Part shown: piece after piece, positions 25,500 to 40,080 of the stretch
Layout: each line of letters starts with the position of its first letter
Position numbering within the stretch: position 1 is the first letter of the stretch
DNA from: Octopus bimaculoides
Taxonomy: Eukaryota
Length of the DNA: 64,000 bases
Direction: 5' to 3'
Assembly (NCBI RefSeq): GCF_001194135.2
Contig: NC_068989.1
Location: 43,652,218-43,716,217 of the forward strand
The notes under the pieces: model-generated
Databases searched by the model: none
What the model was told of the DNA's origin: nothing
The model's input: the letters and a program-made list of their open reading frames with translations, nothing else
Made by a program: the position numbers and the translations under genes

Positions 25500-25759
25500 C
25501 AGTGTTCCTCAACCATTATTTGCCTATGAACCCATTTCATTCTTATTTTACTCAGGGAGGGGGAACCTTATAGGCATTCAATGTCTTAAAAAACTCCAAT
25601 AATACTTTTTTAAGTAAATATTATTAGGAATTGGGTAAAAAAATGTTTAAATATTTTGTGTATCGTCAAAGTATAAACAGTTTTGTTGCACATAAATTTT
25701 AGCAACAAAATCTCATATGGACCCCCTAGAGTCATATGGACTCCAGTAGAGGATCACTG
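25500..25759. mobile_element. hAT (Charlie/Buster-type) MITE
   Basis: Termini CAGTGTTCCTCAAC...GTAGAGGATCACTG, with a perfect 8-bp TSD TGCTAAAT on both sides. Confidence 0.85.
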
Positions 25760-26167
25760 TGCTAAATAAACCTCAAGTGCCCTGGAGATGAGGACACAAC
25801 TACACGACACATTCATTCATGCAACACAAATAAATATATATCTGTTAGACACAAGTGAATTAGATACCTATTTCCTTGACTTCTGATAATGAGACAGGAT
25901 CAATCAATGGTTGACTTTAGTGACAGACAAAATGATAGTTGCATAGTGTTATGAAGTTGATGTCTATGAAAGGCAGAAGTGACAATGGCAAAAGGAAAAC
26001 AAATGAAAGAGAAACCAGACTATAGATTCTGCAAGCTTTCCCTTCTGTTTACATTACATTTACATTATTCACATTATTACATTCTGTTTACATTTACTTT
26101 ACAACTCTCGCCAATGAATTAAATTAATAAATAACACATCTATACCTGAAGTGTTTTAACAGTATTT

Positions 26168-26184
26168 ATGGGTGTATGTGTATG

Positions 26185-26282
<98 letters not shown>

Positions 26283-26298
26283 CATATATATGTATATA
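26168..26298. repeat. Long (TA)n microsatellite, representative of dozens of (TA)n, (CA)n, (GA)n, (AAT)n and (GAT)n tracts
   Basis: Direct inspection; other long examples at 6130-6240, 6505-6620, 26875-26955, 37515-37600, 38820-38900, 50250-50312 and 57370-57580. Confidence 0.95.
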
Positions 26299-26564
26299 TC
26301 TTTGTCTTATATCCATTTCCCATACTAGCATAGATCAGATGAAATGACTCAAGTAAGTATGGAGGAAAATAGATGTTAAAATGATGACAACACTGATGAC
26401 AACAACAGTGACAATATAAAAAGATCACAAATTGCTATAAAGGCAAAGAGGATGCTGTACAAAAGAAATAGTTGCAGAAGCACCAAACTGATGGAACACA
26501 TCATAAAAGTGGTCAAGAGAGTTACAAGAAAGCTAATCAGGGAGAAAATTGGCTTACATTAGAT

Positions 26565-26690
26565 CAGTGCTTCTGAGCCATTTTTTCACCAATATACCTC
26601 TTTAATTGATATTTTATTCTGGTGAACCACCATAGCCATTTGATGGTTAAAAAATTCTATTGTATTTACGTAATTAAGAATCATTTGGAA
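26565..26690. mobile_element. Truncated copy of the same hAT MITE
   Basis: Begins CAGTGCTTCTGAGCCATTTTTT and continues ...ggtgaaccaccatagccatttgatggttaaaaa, matching 30699-30790. Right end is missing. Confidence 0.6.
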
Positions 26691-26871
26691 TTGTTCAGTC
26701 CTACCAGCGTGGCACCTTGGGTAAATGTCTTCTACTATAGCCTCAGGCCAACCAAAGCCTAGTGAATGGATTTAGTTGGCGGAAACTGAAAACAGCCTAT
26801 CAAATACATATGAGCATTAAACTAATACACCTGCTTATTGTTCTTTCATCTGTCTTCATCTTTTGTTTTCT

Positions 26872-26953
<82 letters not shown>

Positions 26954-29900
26954 ATATATGCATATAGACTACATCCAATTATTCCATAATCTAGAATTAG
27001 CTGCATGTGATGTTCGACTGCTGGTTAATCATGATAAAATCAAGAGTCTAGAATAATGTTTATGTGTAGGTGTGCTGGGCCAGTCATAGGGTTACTGGTG
27101 CCCCGGGCAAGCTGAAATTTACCGTGTACAGTCTGATGATCATGGAAATTTCCTTGTCTTTGTCACACCTTCCTTGGCAACTGTCTGAGTTGCTGGTTCC
27201 TTGAGCCAGCCCTATACGTGTGCATGCATGTTGTATGTGTAATAGTTATAAATGAGCAGCATTTTGTCCCTCTTTACATTCAGAGTTCAAATACCACCGA
27301 AGTTGACTTTGCTTTCCATCCTTTCGGGCTTGATAAAATAAGTACCAGTTGGGCACTGGGATCAGTGTAATTGACTTACTCCTTCCTTGAAATTGCTGGC
27401 CTTGTACCAATATTTGAAATCAATAGTCATAAATGAGCATCATGATCATATAAGCAATACTATTTGTTTTCAATATTTCATGGAAACATATCAAGACATG
27501 GCAAAATATTACATTGCATGGAAACAGGTGAGAGTTGGTGACAGGAAGGGCCTAGGGCCACAGAAAATCTACCTCAATTAATTCTGTCTGATCCATGCAA
27601 GCATGGGAAAATGAATATTATAGTTCTTTCTAACATTCTTTTTCTATGCATTCATCTATTAGAGGTATTTTTGTATGAGTTCATCTATTAGAGATATTAG
27701 AGATATATGCTGGCACAATAGAAATCATCGTTGGTAATGTATGGTGTAATCCCCAATTAAAGATGTGATTTTCTCCATTCTTACTCTTATCTTATACTCT
27801 GCATTCCTTGAAATTCTTCTAAGCAATATTTGAATTTACTTATCATACACAAAGAATTACCTTAGATGTTAATTCTACTTGCATTTTTTGATATCTGATT
27901 GTTTGATATAGTTAACCAAATTTGTTTAACACTGAGTGCGTTATAGATATCTGCCTGCATTCATTAATCCCTTTTACTTATTATTATTATATATATATTG
28001 AGAGAGAGAGAGTTAGATAGATTGATAGGGATATACATATACATGCATACACACACACCAATGTTTGCTGTTGTACACTGATACCCTACTGTATCTAAGC
28101 TAACATTGATATGTGCTTACACAATACCACTGCATCAACCAAGCTAATGAGATGTTTGTTTAATAAACAGTTGCCATGACTTCAGTTGATTGCAAATGTA
28201 ACCAGGATTATAATAAAAGACTGTAACTTCATAACTCCAGTTTACTAAACATATACTTCAGACAAGATACTTCCACTGTGAGTGCCCACTGATTATTCTA
28301 GTCTTTGTAAAATAATAATAATAATAATAATAAAATAAATGGACTGCATGTTTGTGTGTACATGGACGTGTATATACATACAGATACATCTTAAAATTAG
28401 GAATACAAGGGATTAATAAGAGTTGTTTTTAGCAGTTAAGGATCATCTGATGTAAACAGATGAAATGCTGGTTAAATACCAACAGACAAAGAAATTTGGT
28501 TTGAAATATCTTTGCTGTCAGCCAACAAAGTCTTTGAACTGGTATTATACAACTTTTCCTTTTTGTTATTTTCTTCTTTTTTTTTTAGACTGGAATGCTA
28601 CAAAATATAGTCAAGAATCTGGAGCATATAAATATCTTTCATGACTGTTTGACATTCATCACAAGGTTTCTTAGTGATGGTGGTGTTGGTGAGTGAAGAA
28701 GCTAAGACATTCCAAGTTTGTCTTGTCGCATGATGGAAATAAATCAAACACAAGCGAGTCAAATAAAGTAAATTAAAAAAAAAAAAACGAAAAAAATCTT
28801 GAATATAACCTTCTTTGTTCAATCCTATTGACTAAATCTATGTTCACACACACACACACACACACACATATGCATGCCCAGTTATGTAAATATATGCATG
28901 ACAGTGAGACACACTTGTATTCTTTACTGCATATGTTTCATCTCTTCACCAGAAATTACAACAATTTTCTTTGCTATTTTATTAAGATATAATATATATA
29001 TATACATTTACGAATTTGTGTTGCAAGATTCCTGATGAGAAATCATGTTTGAAACAGATAGTGTATTTTGGGATGGTCATTTTTTTTTTTTCGATAAATA
29101 AACACATGCACTACATATTCGTTCTTCACTCATTTATTACTGTTCTTATTTTAACTCATGTCCATTGTCCGAGAATGGACTAAGCAGAGCAGGAGGATGG
29201 AATTTCACCTATTTCACACAAGGACGGAAAGTGTCACTGAAGATGTCACAGATGTGTGATGAAAGATTTCCGGACAATGGAAATGAATTAAAATAAGAAC
29301 AGTAATAAATGAGTGAAGAATGAATATAATATAGTGTGTGTGTTTATTTCGCAAAAATAAAGAAAAAATTACCATCCCGAAATACAACATTAATGTATAT
29401 AGATATTCTTTTATGTGTTTCAGCTCATGCTGGGGCACCGCCAATATTATCACCTTTTCAATGGCCACTTTAATAATTTATATGTATGTACACATATGCA
29501 TTACATATGTGTGCATCTCTTTTTTTTTTTTTTAATAGGTACCCCATATCTCTGCATATTGTAAGGAGCAGCTAAATGGGTGATATTAGATAAGATATTT
29601 GACCATAAAAACACTGCCTTTACAAGGCCTATTCAGCTCATGCCAACATGGAAACATGTGAGAGTTGGCAAGAGGAAGGGCATCCAGCTGTAGAAAGAAA
29701 GATCTGCTTCAATGAATTCTATCTGACCCATGCAAGCATAGGAAAGTGAACATTAAGATGATGATGATGACGATAATGATGATGATGATGAATTTCCCAC
29801 CAAATTAAAGAAATCTACTCAAATAACTGATATTTTGACATGGTGAAAGAATAGCAGTACAAATGATACCAACTATAAAAAAAGAAACAAAAAAAAACTT

Positions 29901-30698
29901 TCTTTTTTTGACTCATGCAGAAGGAACGTTAACCAACCATAACAAAGTACCTTACCAGATTTACATAAAATATTTCACTTGAACACAATGAATCCCGATT
30001 ACAAGACTGATGAATTACTTTTGCAAAGCTGATAAAACAGAATACTAAATGTAGTGATTGTTATGTTGCATTAATATTAGAAATGCACTATAAAAACAGA
30101 AATATATTTACTGAGAATAAAAACACAAGCTAGAAAGTCTAACTGACCAATGTAATGGAATAATGTAACCGCTAAACATGAAAGCTGTAAAATGATTTCA
30201 CATGCCAAGCAGACATTTATAAGAAGGTTCTATTGCAAAAACTTGATAGTAAAAACACTAATAATTAATATTACCACACTACCAAAAGAGACTAATAGCT
30301 AGCACAATCATAGTTTAATTATAAATGTCATTGTTTTAACATCCACTTTTCCATGCTCGCTGAGTCAGATGTAATTTGGTGAGGTAGATTTTCTATGGTT
30401 GGATGTTCTTCCGGTCACCAACCCTCACCTGTTTCCAACTAAGGTAATATCTACCATTTGAACATGAACACTGTGAAGGTTAAACATGTTTTTTCAAAGA
30501 AGATAGCAAACAAACGACACAACTTGTTTGACTGATAGTGATGTTTGTTAACAAGTATGTCAAGACAAAGAAACACAAACATACATGCACACCAACATAC
30601 ACATACATATATAATATATATAAAGCAGAAAAGCATAAATATCAAAGATGGATCATAAACTTTTTTTTTTCCACTGGATTTATTGTGAAGTAACAAGG

Positions 30699-31014
30699 CA
30701 GTGGTTCTCAACCACTTTTTACCTATGGATCCCTTTGGTTACTATTTTCTACTGATGAACCCCCATAGCCATTTGAGTTTAAAAATTAGTTTTATAGATA
30801 CTTCTTTCAAAATTCAAAATATAGTTCAACCTACACTAACTTGTGTAGGTTGAACTATATAAGACATAAGAAAAATTCAACTGATTTTTGCAATAAATAT
30901 ATCTACAGCAAAATTTTTTCATGGACCCTTAAAATACTACTATGGATCCCAATTTACTATTTTGCTAGCATGGACCCCCAACAATTTTATATGGACTCCA
31001 GCTGAGAATCACAG
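30699..31014. mobile_element. hAT MITE
   Basis: CAGTGGTTCTCAAC...GCTGAGAATCACAG; flanks TAACAAGG / TTATAAGG (6/8 TSD match). Confidence 0.8.
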
Positions 31015-31093
31015 TTATAAGGTGTTGGAGTTTAACAACCAATTACTGAATTTTTAATTACCATGGGTATATATTTTTTCATGTTATATGCAT

Positions 31094-31147
<54 letters not shown>

Positions 31148-31150
<3 letters not shown>

Positions 31151-33115
31151 TAAAATCTTGTGATAAAGTTGAGGGGACAGGCTAAAAACTTCAACACAAG
31201 CGAAGTTCGAGACAACCAAAGTTCAAAAACTTGAAGTCATTTTGTAAATGTGAGTTGATAAAAAAATTTGGAAACATTTGTCAGGAACTTGAAAACTAAC
31301 ATGTTCAAAAGTAAGCATTTATTATCACAAAATATTTTCAAAATAATAACTTCATAATTGCAAAAAATTATCTTTTAGAATTGCTACATACAAAATAATC
31401 TTCTATGACACTTTACTTGTAGCTTTTTCTTTTCCTATTTTCTATGAAAATTTCCAACCGAGTTACAAGAGCAAACATGCCAGCAGAGTTCTTGTGGATT
31501 TGAATAAACTGTCTCAGAGTAGAGCTTGAAGCTAGTGCAGAAGATGGAGTAGATATTGGTTGAATTAAATCTTCTGAGTCAGATTCTTCATCAGTTTCTG
31601 TAGCTGTTGGGTTGTATTTTTGAATGATAGTGTTTATTATGGCTTCAGCAGTAATCAATTTTGCTACGATGATGTTGCCATCAAAGGAGTCAGGTAAGTC
31701 AAGTCCTACTTGTCTTGCTTGTCAAAATAATTCTGCGAGTGGTATTTAGTCATTTATGTCATTGGTAGTGTCCAGAGTGTTGCTGGAAAATCCAGCATGT
31801 TTATAGCAGTTTGATATTGTATTTTTAGTGACATATGACCAGGCATGTTGTAATAAATGCAGAGCATCCAACACAGTAACTGTTGTAAATTCTGAGTTTT
31901 CTTCTGTGGATGATATAACCTTGTCCACAAGTAGATGTCAGTAGTGAGTTTTGATGTTTTTGATTATCCCTTGATCCATAGGCTGAGTCTTTGAGGTAGT
32001 GTTGGGTGGTAAAAAATAGAGTGTTATGTTAGTGAGCTGAATCTGTGAGTGTGACGGGACGTTGTCCAACACTAGGGCAATTGTGAGACTGATGGTTTGG
32101 TCAACTTTCTTCAGCCAGTTGGTGAAAATTGCTGTAGTCATCCAAGCTTTTTTGTTTGCAGTGCACTCTGTGGGTAGTGTTTTGACGCCTTTGAAGCACC
32201 TGGGATTGAGTGATTTTCCAATAACATACAATAGAAGTTTGTGGGTGCCAGTCATATTACTGCATGGTAAGATAGTGATTCTGTCTTTTGAGAGTTTTCC
32301 ACCATTACATTGTTCTCCTTTAAGTGTTAGTGATTTGGATGGTAGCAATTTGTAAAAAAGTCCAGATTCGTCCACATTGTAGATGTCATCGGGTGAGTAC
32401 TTTACAAGTGGTGTTGGTAGTGTAATAGTGTACCATGTATTTACTTGTTTATTTTCAACGCTGTTAGCTTTCCTGTTAATAGTTTTAAAAGTTATGTTAT
32501 AGCATTCTTTGAAGCAATTGAGCCATCCTTCACTACAGTTGAAATCTGAGTGTTGAAGATTCTTTGCCAGATTGAGTGCTTTTGCCTGCAAAATAGGCCC
32601 AGATATTGAGATATTCTGAGTTTGGGCATTCTGAAACCACAAAAGTAGCACTTCTTCAATGTTAGGATGTTTGCAGAAACAAATTGTCTTGCATTCCAAA
32701 CCACTATTTTGGTAGGCTTCTTTGATTTAGGCAGACGATTTTATCCGCATTGACAGTGTGTTAAAAGGTATTTCAAACTGTTTGGCAATTTCTGGGCTTT
32801 TTTTTTTTACCTTTTTCAATTTCCATAATAGCTTGGTATTTGATGTATATTTTGTGTACAGTGAGTTTTCTTTTAATGAAAGCCATATTTGATTTAGGAA
32901 AAGTATCATTTTGAGATGAATCAAAAGTCCAGTGCAAGATTATCAAACTGCTTAGTAAAATTCTCAAAAAATATGTTTGCACAACTTGATATTATCAATA
33001 TTACCACAATATACACAAAGTCAATGTCAAGTACTGTTAAAAACAGAACCATGATAAACATTCATATATGCACAAATTAAAACTAATGAGAAGTCTATTT
33101 CACAAAATTTTACTT
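31148..33115 (-). mobile_element. pogo/Tigger-type DNA transposon, near full length, transposase pseudogenised
   Basis: N-terminal HTH remnant (KRKLTVHK...EIAKQFEIPFNTLS, ~32740-32885). ORF 31938-32699 has a CENP-B-type HTH (IEEVLLLWFQ...SGPILQAKA...SEGWL) and the DDE motifs NVDESGLF, VLDNVPSH and QPMDQGII. C-terminal pieces run to ~31400. TIRs: CAGTAAAATCTTGTGATAAAG (31148) vs CTATTTCACAAAATTTTACTT (33095-33115), 17/21 as inverted match. Confidence 0.9.
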
Positions 33116-34424
33116 TGAAAAATTGACGTTTTTACAGTACAAGTTTTGGGTACAAAATGTTTGAACTCAAAACTGAGATACTCTTAGAAATTAAAAAATT
33201 GTTACACAAACTAAAGAACAGAAAATATTCTAGAAGCTTGAAGAGATAAGCTGAAATGAGCTTGAAATTTTAATGTGAATCAAACAAAGGAGATTATAGG
33301 AATGGAGTCAAAATAATAACAGTTATAATTTAATGTAATGCTATGAAGAGTTGTGATACTGTGAAACAAATTTACTATCAAAACATATGACTACTACACA
33401 TCGTAATCCTCTCATATCATATAAATATCATGTGTTTTAACTCATTTGTGTTTTCAAATACACATGAACAGTAAATGCGAAATAAGTATGTTTACTAACT
33501 TTCATTTGTGATTCTCAAAAATACATCCTTATTACTGTATAGTTTGTATATAACAGAGTATTACTCAATTATAATAGCAAAAAAATCTGAAGTGCACTCG
33601 ACTCAAGTTCTCTTTACACTTCAACACAATAAGAGTTATTATAAAGTATTATTACATTGATGGGAGACTAATTTACTCCAAGTTAAGCTTTTACTGTGTA
33701 TACATATATATATATTGGAAAATGTGTGAATCCTTGGTACAGTTAGGCATATTTGAAAAAAGAAAAAAATGACTTCACTGGTAGTTCTAACCAGTTTGAT
33801 TTATTATTTTTTAATAATATAAATTTTACATTTTAGTCCATAGATCTAGTAAGTTCATTGTTAACTTGGGTGGGAAGATTTTTTACGAAAATTCCTTGTT
33901 AACTTTTCTGGAGAACTTTCTCATATTTGTTGTCAAACAGATCTGAGGGTTTGGGGTTTTGTGATCCTATATATGGGATCTGGGTGTGTTTGGGGTGGGT
34001 TTAGGGTTTGTTAATCAGTGTGGGAGTGAATGAGCGTTGATGAATACACACACACACATACAATGGGCTTCTTTCAGTTTCTGTCTAACAAATCCATTCA
34101 CAAGGCTTTGGTCAGTCCAGGATTATAGTAAAGACACTCACATAAGCTGCTACACAGTGAGAGTGAACCTAAGACAAACATGATTGCAAAACAAACTTCT
34201 TAATCACACAGCTATGCCTGAGCCTAATCTAAATATTAAATAAGGTTTAGGGCCATTAGTTCAGGGTTCTGAGTTGAAATTTACTCCAATTATATAATGG
34301 CTGAATTCACATGGCTGTGATCCATGGAAAGCTACATTTTCCAATTATGAAACACTACAAATGATAAATTATATAATTATTATAGCATCAACCAAACTAT
34401 CAGATGCTGATATACACCATCACC

Positions 34425-34735
34425 ATCATCGTCGTCATCGTTTAACGTCCGCTTTCCATGCTAGCATGGGTTGGACGATTTGACTGAGGACTGGTGAAAC
34501 CCGATTGCTACACCAGGCTCCAATCTGATTTGGCAGAGTTTCTACAGCTGGATACCCTTCCTAACGCCAACCACTCCGAGAGTATAGTGGGTGCTTTTAC
34601 GTGCCACCGGCATGAAGGCCAGTCAGGCGGTACTGGCAACGGCCACGCTCAAAATGGTGTATTTTATGTGCCACCCGCACAAGAGCCAGTCCAGGGGCAC
34701 TGGCAACGATCTCGCTCGAAAGTCCTTACACATGC
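34425..34735 (-). mobile_element. GC-richer retroposon 3' portion with (GAT)n tail, young-looking copy
   Basis: catcatcgtttaacgtccgctttccatgctagcatgggttggacgatttgactgaggactgg... is highly similar to 52805-53100 in the same orientation; CpGs retained. Confidence 0.75.
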
Positions 34736-35519
34736 CGCTAGGTACAATGTGCTTCACATTACTCAACTTCCGAATAATGCCACCCAGCTGGCTAGATGGA
34801 CAGGAATGCTGTATGTCACAGGGTTACCCATTTACTGAGTAGACTGGAGCAACATGAAATAAAGTGTTTTGCTCATGATTACAATGCATATATGGTCTGG
34901 GAATCGAAACCATGATCTTGCAATTATGAGTGCAACACCTTGACCACTAAACCATGCGTCTTTACATGTAATTGTATAACCCATAAATTAACAGGTTGCT
35001 AGAGATATCTGGTGACTAGCAAAGAAATTCAATGCAGACCATCCACTTGTCTTTTAATGACTACAGTGAGTAACTAACATCAGTTGAGACAATGAAATAT
35101 AAATCATTCTGATCAATGTGACCTTGTAATAGCGCAGCAGAAATTGGTAGAGAGAGAATTTTTAATATTCCACACATCAGTAGAGACAAGATAGGATAAC
35201 TAGAAGGTATGAGTATATAACATTAAAAATAAACTGTAGCATTGTTATATTGTCAATCTATCACATTTAACAGAAAAGTTGCTATCTTGATACCAACACA
35301 GACATTATTTTGTATTTTTCTTTTTCTCAGAGGCATCACCCATTTAGGAGAATTAACCAGATGTTGTCTGCTTTCATATGTACCTCAATGTATACACAGA
35401 CAAACAGGTCCTACATACACTTTTTCTTTCGTTCTTTCTTTCTTTCTTTTTGTCAACAGACATTAACAATGATTAGAAAAAGCTATAGAGAGACCTACTA
35501 AGATATATGTTTTATTTTA

Positions 35520-35950
35520 ATGTTTAGGCCTGAAGGAAAGGTCTATAGCAATGGTTTTCTCAGGCTTGCTATTACTGATCCAGTCTATGTCCATGATGGA
35601 AGTGCAAAAGACAAAAGAAGGGTGTGAATTTCGCATTGGTGACATTCTACGAAGAAAGGGCAGAGAGAAGTAGTTAGTATGACACAGGGGAGTAACAACC
35701 AATTGGGTGACAAGAAGTGAAGAGTCCATTGAGTAAAGTGGGCTTGAGTGGAAGTGACACAAGATCAACTAGCTCCAATACAAGAGATCATTGTAGTAGT
35801 GGTAGAAGAGGCAAAGTAAAGTGCCAGCACATCAATGGGCGAGAAGTTGTAGTGTTGTTGAGTGATTTCCTTTAATACAGTCTAGGCTGTCTGTACATGT
35901 AGAATTCCATTGTGGGGCTCATCTGAATTTCTATAGTTGGATAAGTAACC
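35520..35950 (-). mobile_element. Highly decayed L2/CR1-type LINE 3' end
   Basis: Minus-strand fragments FYHYYN...ELVDLV and PLCHTNYFSLPFLRRMS resemble the FYRYYNGxCSxEL and CRTxxYxxSFxPRT C-terminal motifs of L2/CR1-group ORF2. Confidence 0.5.
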
Positions 35951-36489
35951 GAAGGAAGCATGAAGAAAAAGGCTAGGACTTGGGGGGTGCATAGCATGTG
36001 GCCACTTTGAGGATTTTAGTTATATGTTGTTCATATCTGAGGGAGTACAATACTGTGTCCAGTCCCTTAACTTCACAGCTAATAATCACATGATTATTAA
36101 TCCAGCCTTTAAATTTCACAACTAATGACCCTAATCAATAATCTAGTTCCTTAACTCTACAAACAAATGACCATGTGATTGGTCATCCAGCCTCTTAGCA
36201 ACCAATGTACCTCATATTAAAAAATCATCATTTATATTCTTATACAAAGCGCTGTACCAAAACAATTCTCTCTAGAGTCTACTTTCTCTTATTTTTTTAT
36301 CTTTTACTTGACTGAGGGTTTTAGTTGAACAAGTCAACCCCAGGACCTATTTTTATTCTATCAGTCTCTTTTGCCTAATCGCTAAGTTATGAGAGACATA
36401 AACACACCAACACTAGATTTTGAGTGGTGGTGGTGGTGGGATAAACACAGAGACAAAGACATTCACGCGTGTGCATGCACACACACACA

Positions 36490-36655
36490 TGCAACAGGCT
36501 TCTTTCAGTTTCATTCTACCAAATCTACTCACAAGGCTTTGGTCTGCTTGAGGTTATAGTAGAAGACATTTACCCAAGGTGCCATGCAGTGGGACTGAAA
36601 CCCAGACCATGTGGTTGAGAATTAAGCTTCTTACCACACAGCCATGTCTACACCT
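36490..36655 (-). mobile_element. tRNA-related SINE (family 3, representative copy)
   Basis: Minus strand reads ggctgtgtggtaagaagctt...caaccacatggtctgggtttcagtcccactgcatggcaccttgggtaaatgtcttctacta...ccttgtgagtagatttggtagaatgaaactgaaagaagcc. Related copies at ~3600, 4170, 5410, 10710, 18830, 19240, 26700, 34060, 37970, 46250, 47210, 61960, 62190 and 63870. Confidence 0.75.
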
Positions 36656-37523
36656 ACAAACAATATACCTAAGAAGATAACTAATATGAAGCCCTGTTGC
36701 AAAGTAATTGCATCTGTAATTGACAGGATGTTGTGCAGCATTTGTTCTCGTTCTTTGCATTCTGAGTTCAAATCCTGCCAGGGCCTACAAGGATGGTAGT
36801 CTTAATCCATCATCCAGAATACTACCACCACATTACAAAAATACACAGCCACCACTGTCACCACCACTTACAGCCTTAGCTGCATTTAGCACCATTCAAC
36901 CATTCAAGCCAGGTCTCCAACTAGCCTTGGAGGTTTTTGTAAAATGTCGTGGGCACTACCTTCTCTCCTGACTTTTAGTAAAACCAAAAAGAAAATATGG
37001 CGTTGGGAGGTACCATAGCATTGTTGAAAACGCCTGCTGTAGGATTTACTGATAATTTTCTCAAGACTGCAACTAGATCCTTACAATGTCAAACATAGCT
37101 CACTAATAAAAGTTCACTTTTCTAAATTAATAATTAAAGAAGATAGAGTTGCACTGTAGCTACTTAACTGTTAAAATGAATGCATTTTGAACTACATATA
37201 TGCCCTACTCTTCTTTAAGATGGGTTGGAAATTGTTTTGTATTGTTAGCAACAAAAAAAACAAAAAAAAAACAAAACAAAGCAAGACAAGACATAAGAGC
37301 TGTTGATCGAATTCTGTCTTATAAAAATGTAATTAAATGATTCGATATCACGATTCATAAGTGAGTTTTCTCAGTAGTTGTTATGCTCTGAGAAGGAATT
37401 AGTGGTGGGGATATAACGCTATTTTCAACACATTAGGTGTGATCTCACTTTGAGAACTTAATTGTACAGGATGGTCTGCAGATCCCGTGTCAGAATCAGA
37501 AATAACTTTATCACACACACACA

Positions 37524-37560
<37 letters not shown>

Positions 37561-37565
37561 ACACA

Positions 37566-37602
<37 letters not shown>

Positions 37603-38840
37603 TTCTCTTCCTCCTTCTCCTCCTCTTCTTCATTACTATTGGCGTTGTCATCATCGTTATTCTTTTAATTGTCACTTTCCTATCCCTCTCTGCCTGGGTC
37701 AGCTGAAACTTGTTGAGGCAGAATTTCTAGCGCCAAATGCTTTTCCTGTAGCCAGCTCACTTGTTTCTAAGTAAGGTTACATTTTTCCCTTGTCATTCTA
37801 AAATGAACACAACAATGACCTGACATGCTTCCAGAAAAGATCCCAAATGAATGACTGCTTATGTGATGATGATATTTGTTTACAATCAGCATGCAATATC
37901 AAAACAAGGAGATACAAACCCACAAACCAGCAAGCACGCACGCATGCATACACACACACACATACACAAAGGTTTTTTTCAGTTTCCTGTCTACTAACTT
38001 CACAGATATCAAAACACAGTTGGTTGTACAATGCATTACCTGATGAGGTTGAACCTAAGACCACAACCATACAGGTGCAAAGTGAACCACATAGCTATGT
38101 CTGTGGTTTGTGCTGCATATTTCATGTGCATCAAGTTAAGCCTGTAGATCTACTTGCCTAACTGACAATAGGTTCTACTTTCACTTTATGGCTGAATGGT
38201 TAGCAGCTGGAATGACAGCCAGCTGTAAATCCTCTTCAATAATATGTGTATATTGAGATTTTCCTGCATGAAATAGTCAAGGTGCTTGATTTCCAATGGA
38301 GAGGTGATAAGAATGAAAACAAGCCTAAAGATATATCACTCTCAATGAATCAAGCTGTAAACAATATTTCACAATCGGATGATTGATGTAGATTAGAAAA
38401 AGCAAATGATCATCAAACAAGCGCATCTGTTAAACAAAGGTATCTAATCATGAAACAGAGTCAGCCAACCATGACACAGAGGTATCTGACCATCAAATGG
38501 AGGAATTGTAAGTCTGACAAACAAAAGGCATTTGACTTGAAACATTCAAGAAAGAACCTGAGAATTGTAGAACTGTCCAACCCATGACACAATACTAATA
38601 AGCTATAGAAACCAGAACGGAAATCCCGGGAATGGAAATTCAATCTGTGTTCGGACAATTATACAAGGAGACAAAGGAGACACACATACACACGCATGCA
38701 GACACAAATGCACTCGCACACACACACACACACACACACATTACCTTCTAGGCTGCAACACCATACTGACAACCAACCTTGGATACATTGCTTCTCAACA
38801 ACCACAATACAGAACGAATAGCAGCAACAACAACAACAAC

Positions 38841-38878
<38 letters not shown>

Positions 38879-39261
38879 TAACAATGATGATGATGACGAT
38901 GATAAAACATGAGAAAAAAATCATAAAGCAGCCAGTGGAGCTTAAAAATAAACCATAAAAAAAACAATTAAGCCAAAACATAACAGCTCCTCATCCCACC
39001 ACCACCACCACTACTTCTAATAATAATAATAATGATGATGATGATGATATAACAGGAGAATCTAAAATAAAAGTGTGGCACTTAGTAGAAAGGTAGATTA
39101 GGTTTATTGTGATATCGGTAATAAAATAAATCAATAATATACTACTACTGCTCTATGAGATCACATCTTTTGGTGAATGGGGAGAGAATAGGGAGAGCAA
39201 TGGAGAGGGTCACAGACAGAGGAAGAGAGAATGAGAGATGGAGGAAGAGAGGAGAGAGAGT

Positions 39262-39294
<33 letters not shown>

Positions 39295-39707
39295 TTAGGG
39301 GAGCATGAGAGGTAGAAAGAAAGACAGACAGAAAGAGCAAAGGGAACAAGAGGGAGAAAGAATGAAAAGGATGGTTGAAGAGAGGAAAGTATGCAACAGA
39401 GATAGAGAGGGAACTTGAGAATAAATCTGAAAGGATACGGAGAAAATAATGAAGGACAAGAGATATCGGAGGGGAGAGAGAGAGATAGAGAGAGAAGAAA
39501 AGAGAGAGAGAGAGAGAGAGAGAAGAAAAGAAAGAGAGAGAGAGAGAGAGAGAAAGAGAAGCATGAGAGAAATAAAAGCTATTTAATAAACATATATAAA
39601 ATACTGCTATAATAATTAGTGTAAAACCATATTAAACATTAAGTTATAATAGTTTTGTATAATAATTTGATAATGATAATAATGATGATAATAATAATAA
39701 TAATAAT

Positions 39708-40062
39708 GAAAACCTTTACAGTACCTGTTATCACAGGGGCACTTGAGGTAATAAAGGAAAGAATAGAGAGATTCACAGACATGATACCAGAAAAACCATG
39801 CTTAAAAGAAATACAAAAAGTAATCCTAATGGGCACTACACATTAAATGAAAAGTGCTATCACCTTAAATTTCATAGTTCTATAGAAATTTTTATTGAGC
39901 ACTCATGTGTACACTTCTTTTGTTTTTAATTTATCCAGTCCTAGCACTTTTCAACATCATACAATTATGAGATTTTATTAAGAACATCGATATACGTTAC
40001 CTACCTCAGGTGCCTAGGTGGTGCCTGGTGGCCTGTGTAGAGATACCCAGAAATTTTTTTTC
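39708..40062 (+). mobile_element. 5'-truncated R4/Dong-type non-LTR element (end of RLE domain plus 3' UTR) within (AAT)n
   Basis: Translation KTFTVPVITGALEVIKERIERFTDMIPEKPCLKEIQKVILMGTTH matches the VPVIxGALG...EIQKxxLLGTAH C-terminus of RLE-encoding elements. Flanked on both sides by ATAATAATA. Confidence 0.75.
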
Positions 40063-40080
40063 ATAATAATAATAATAACA

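Noticed and set aside
29032-29070. CTGATGA...GAAAC...GTA hammerhead-like string
   Set aside because: Stem I cannot form (GATTC vs TTTTG) and stem II is only three weak pairs.
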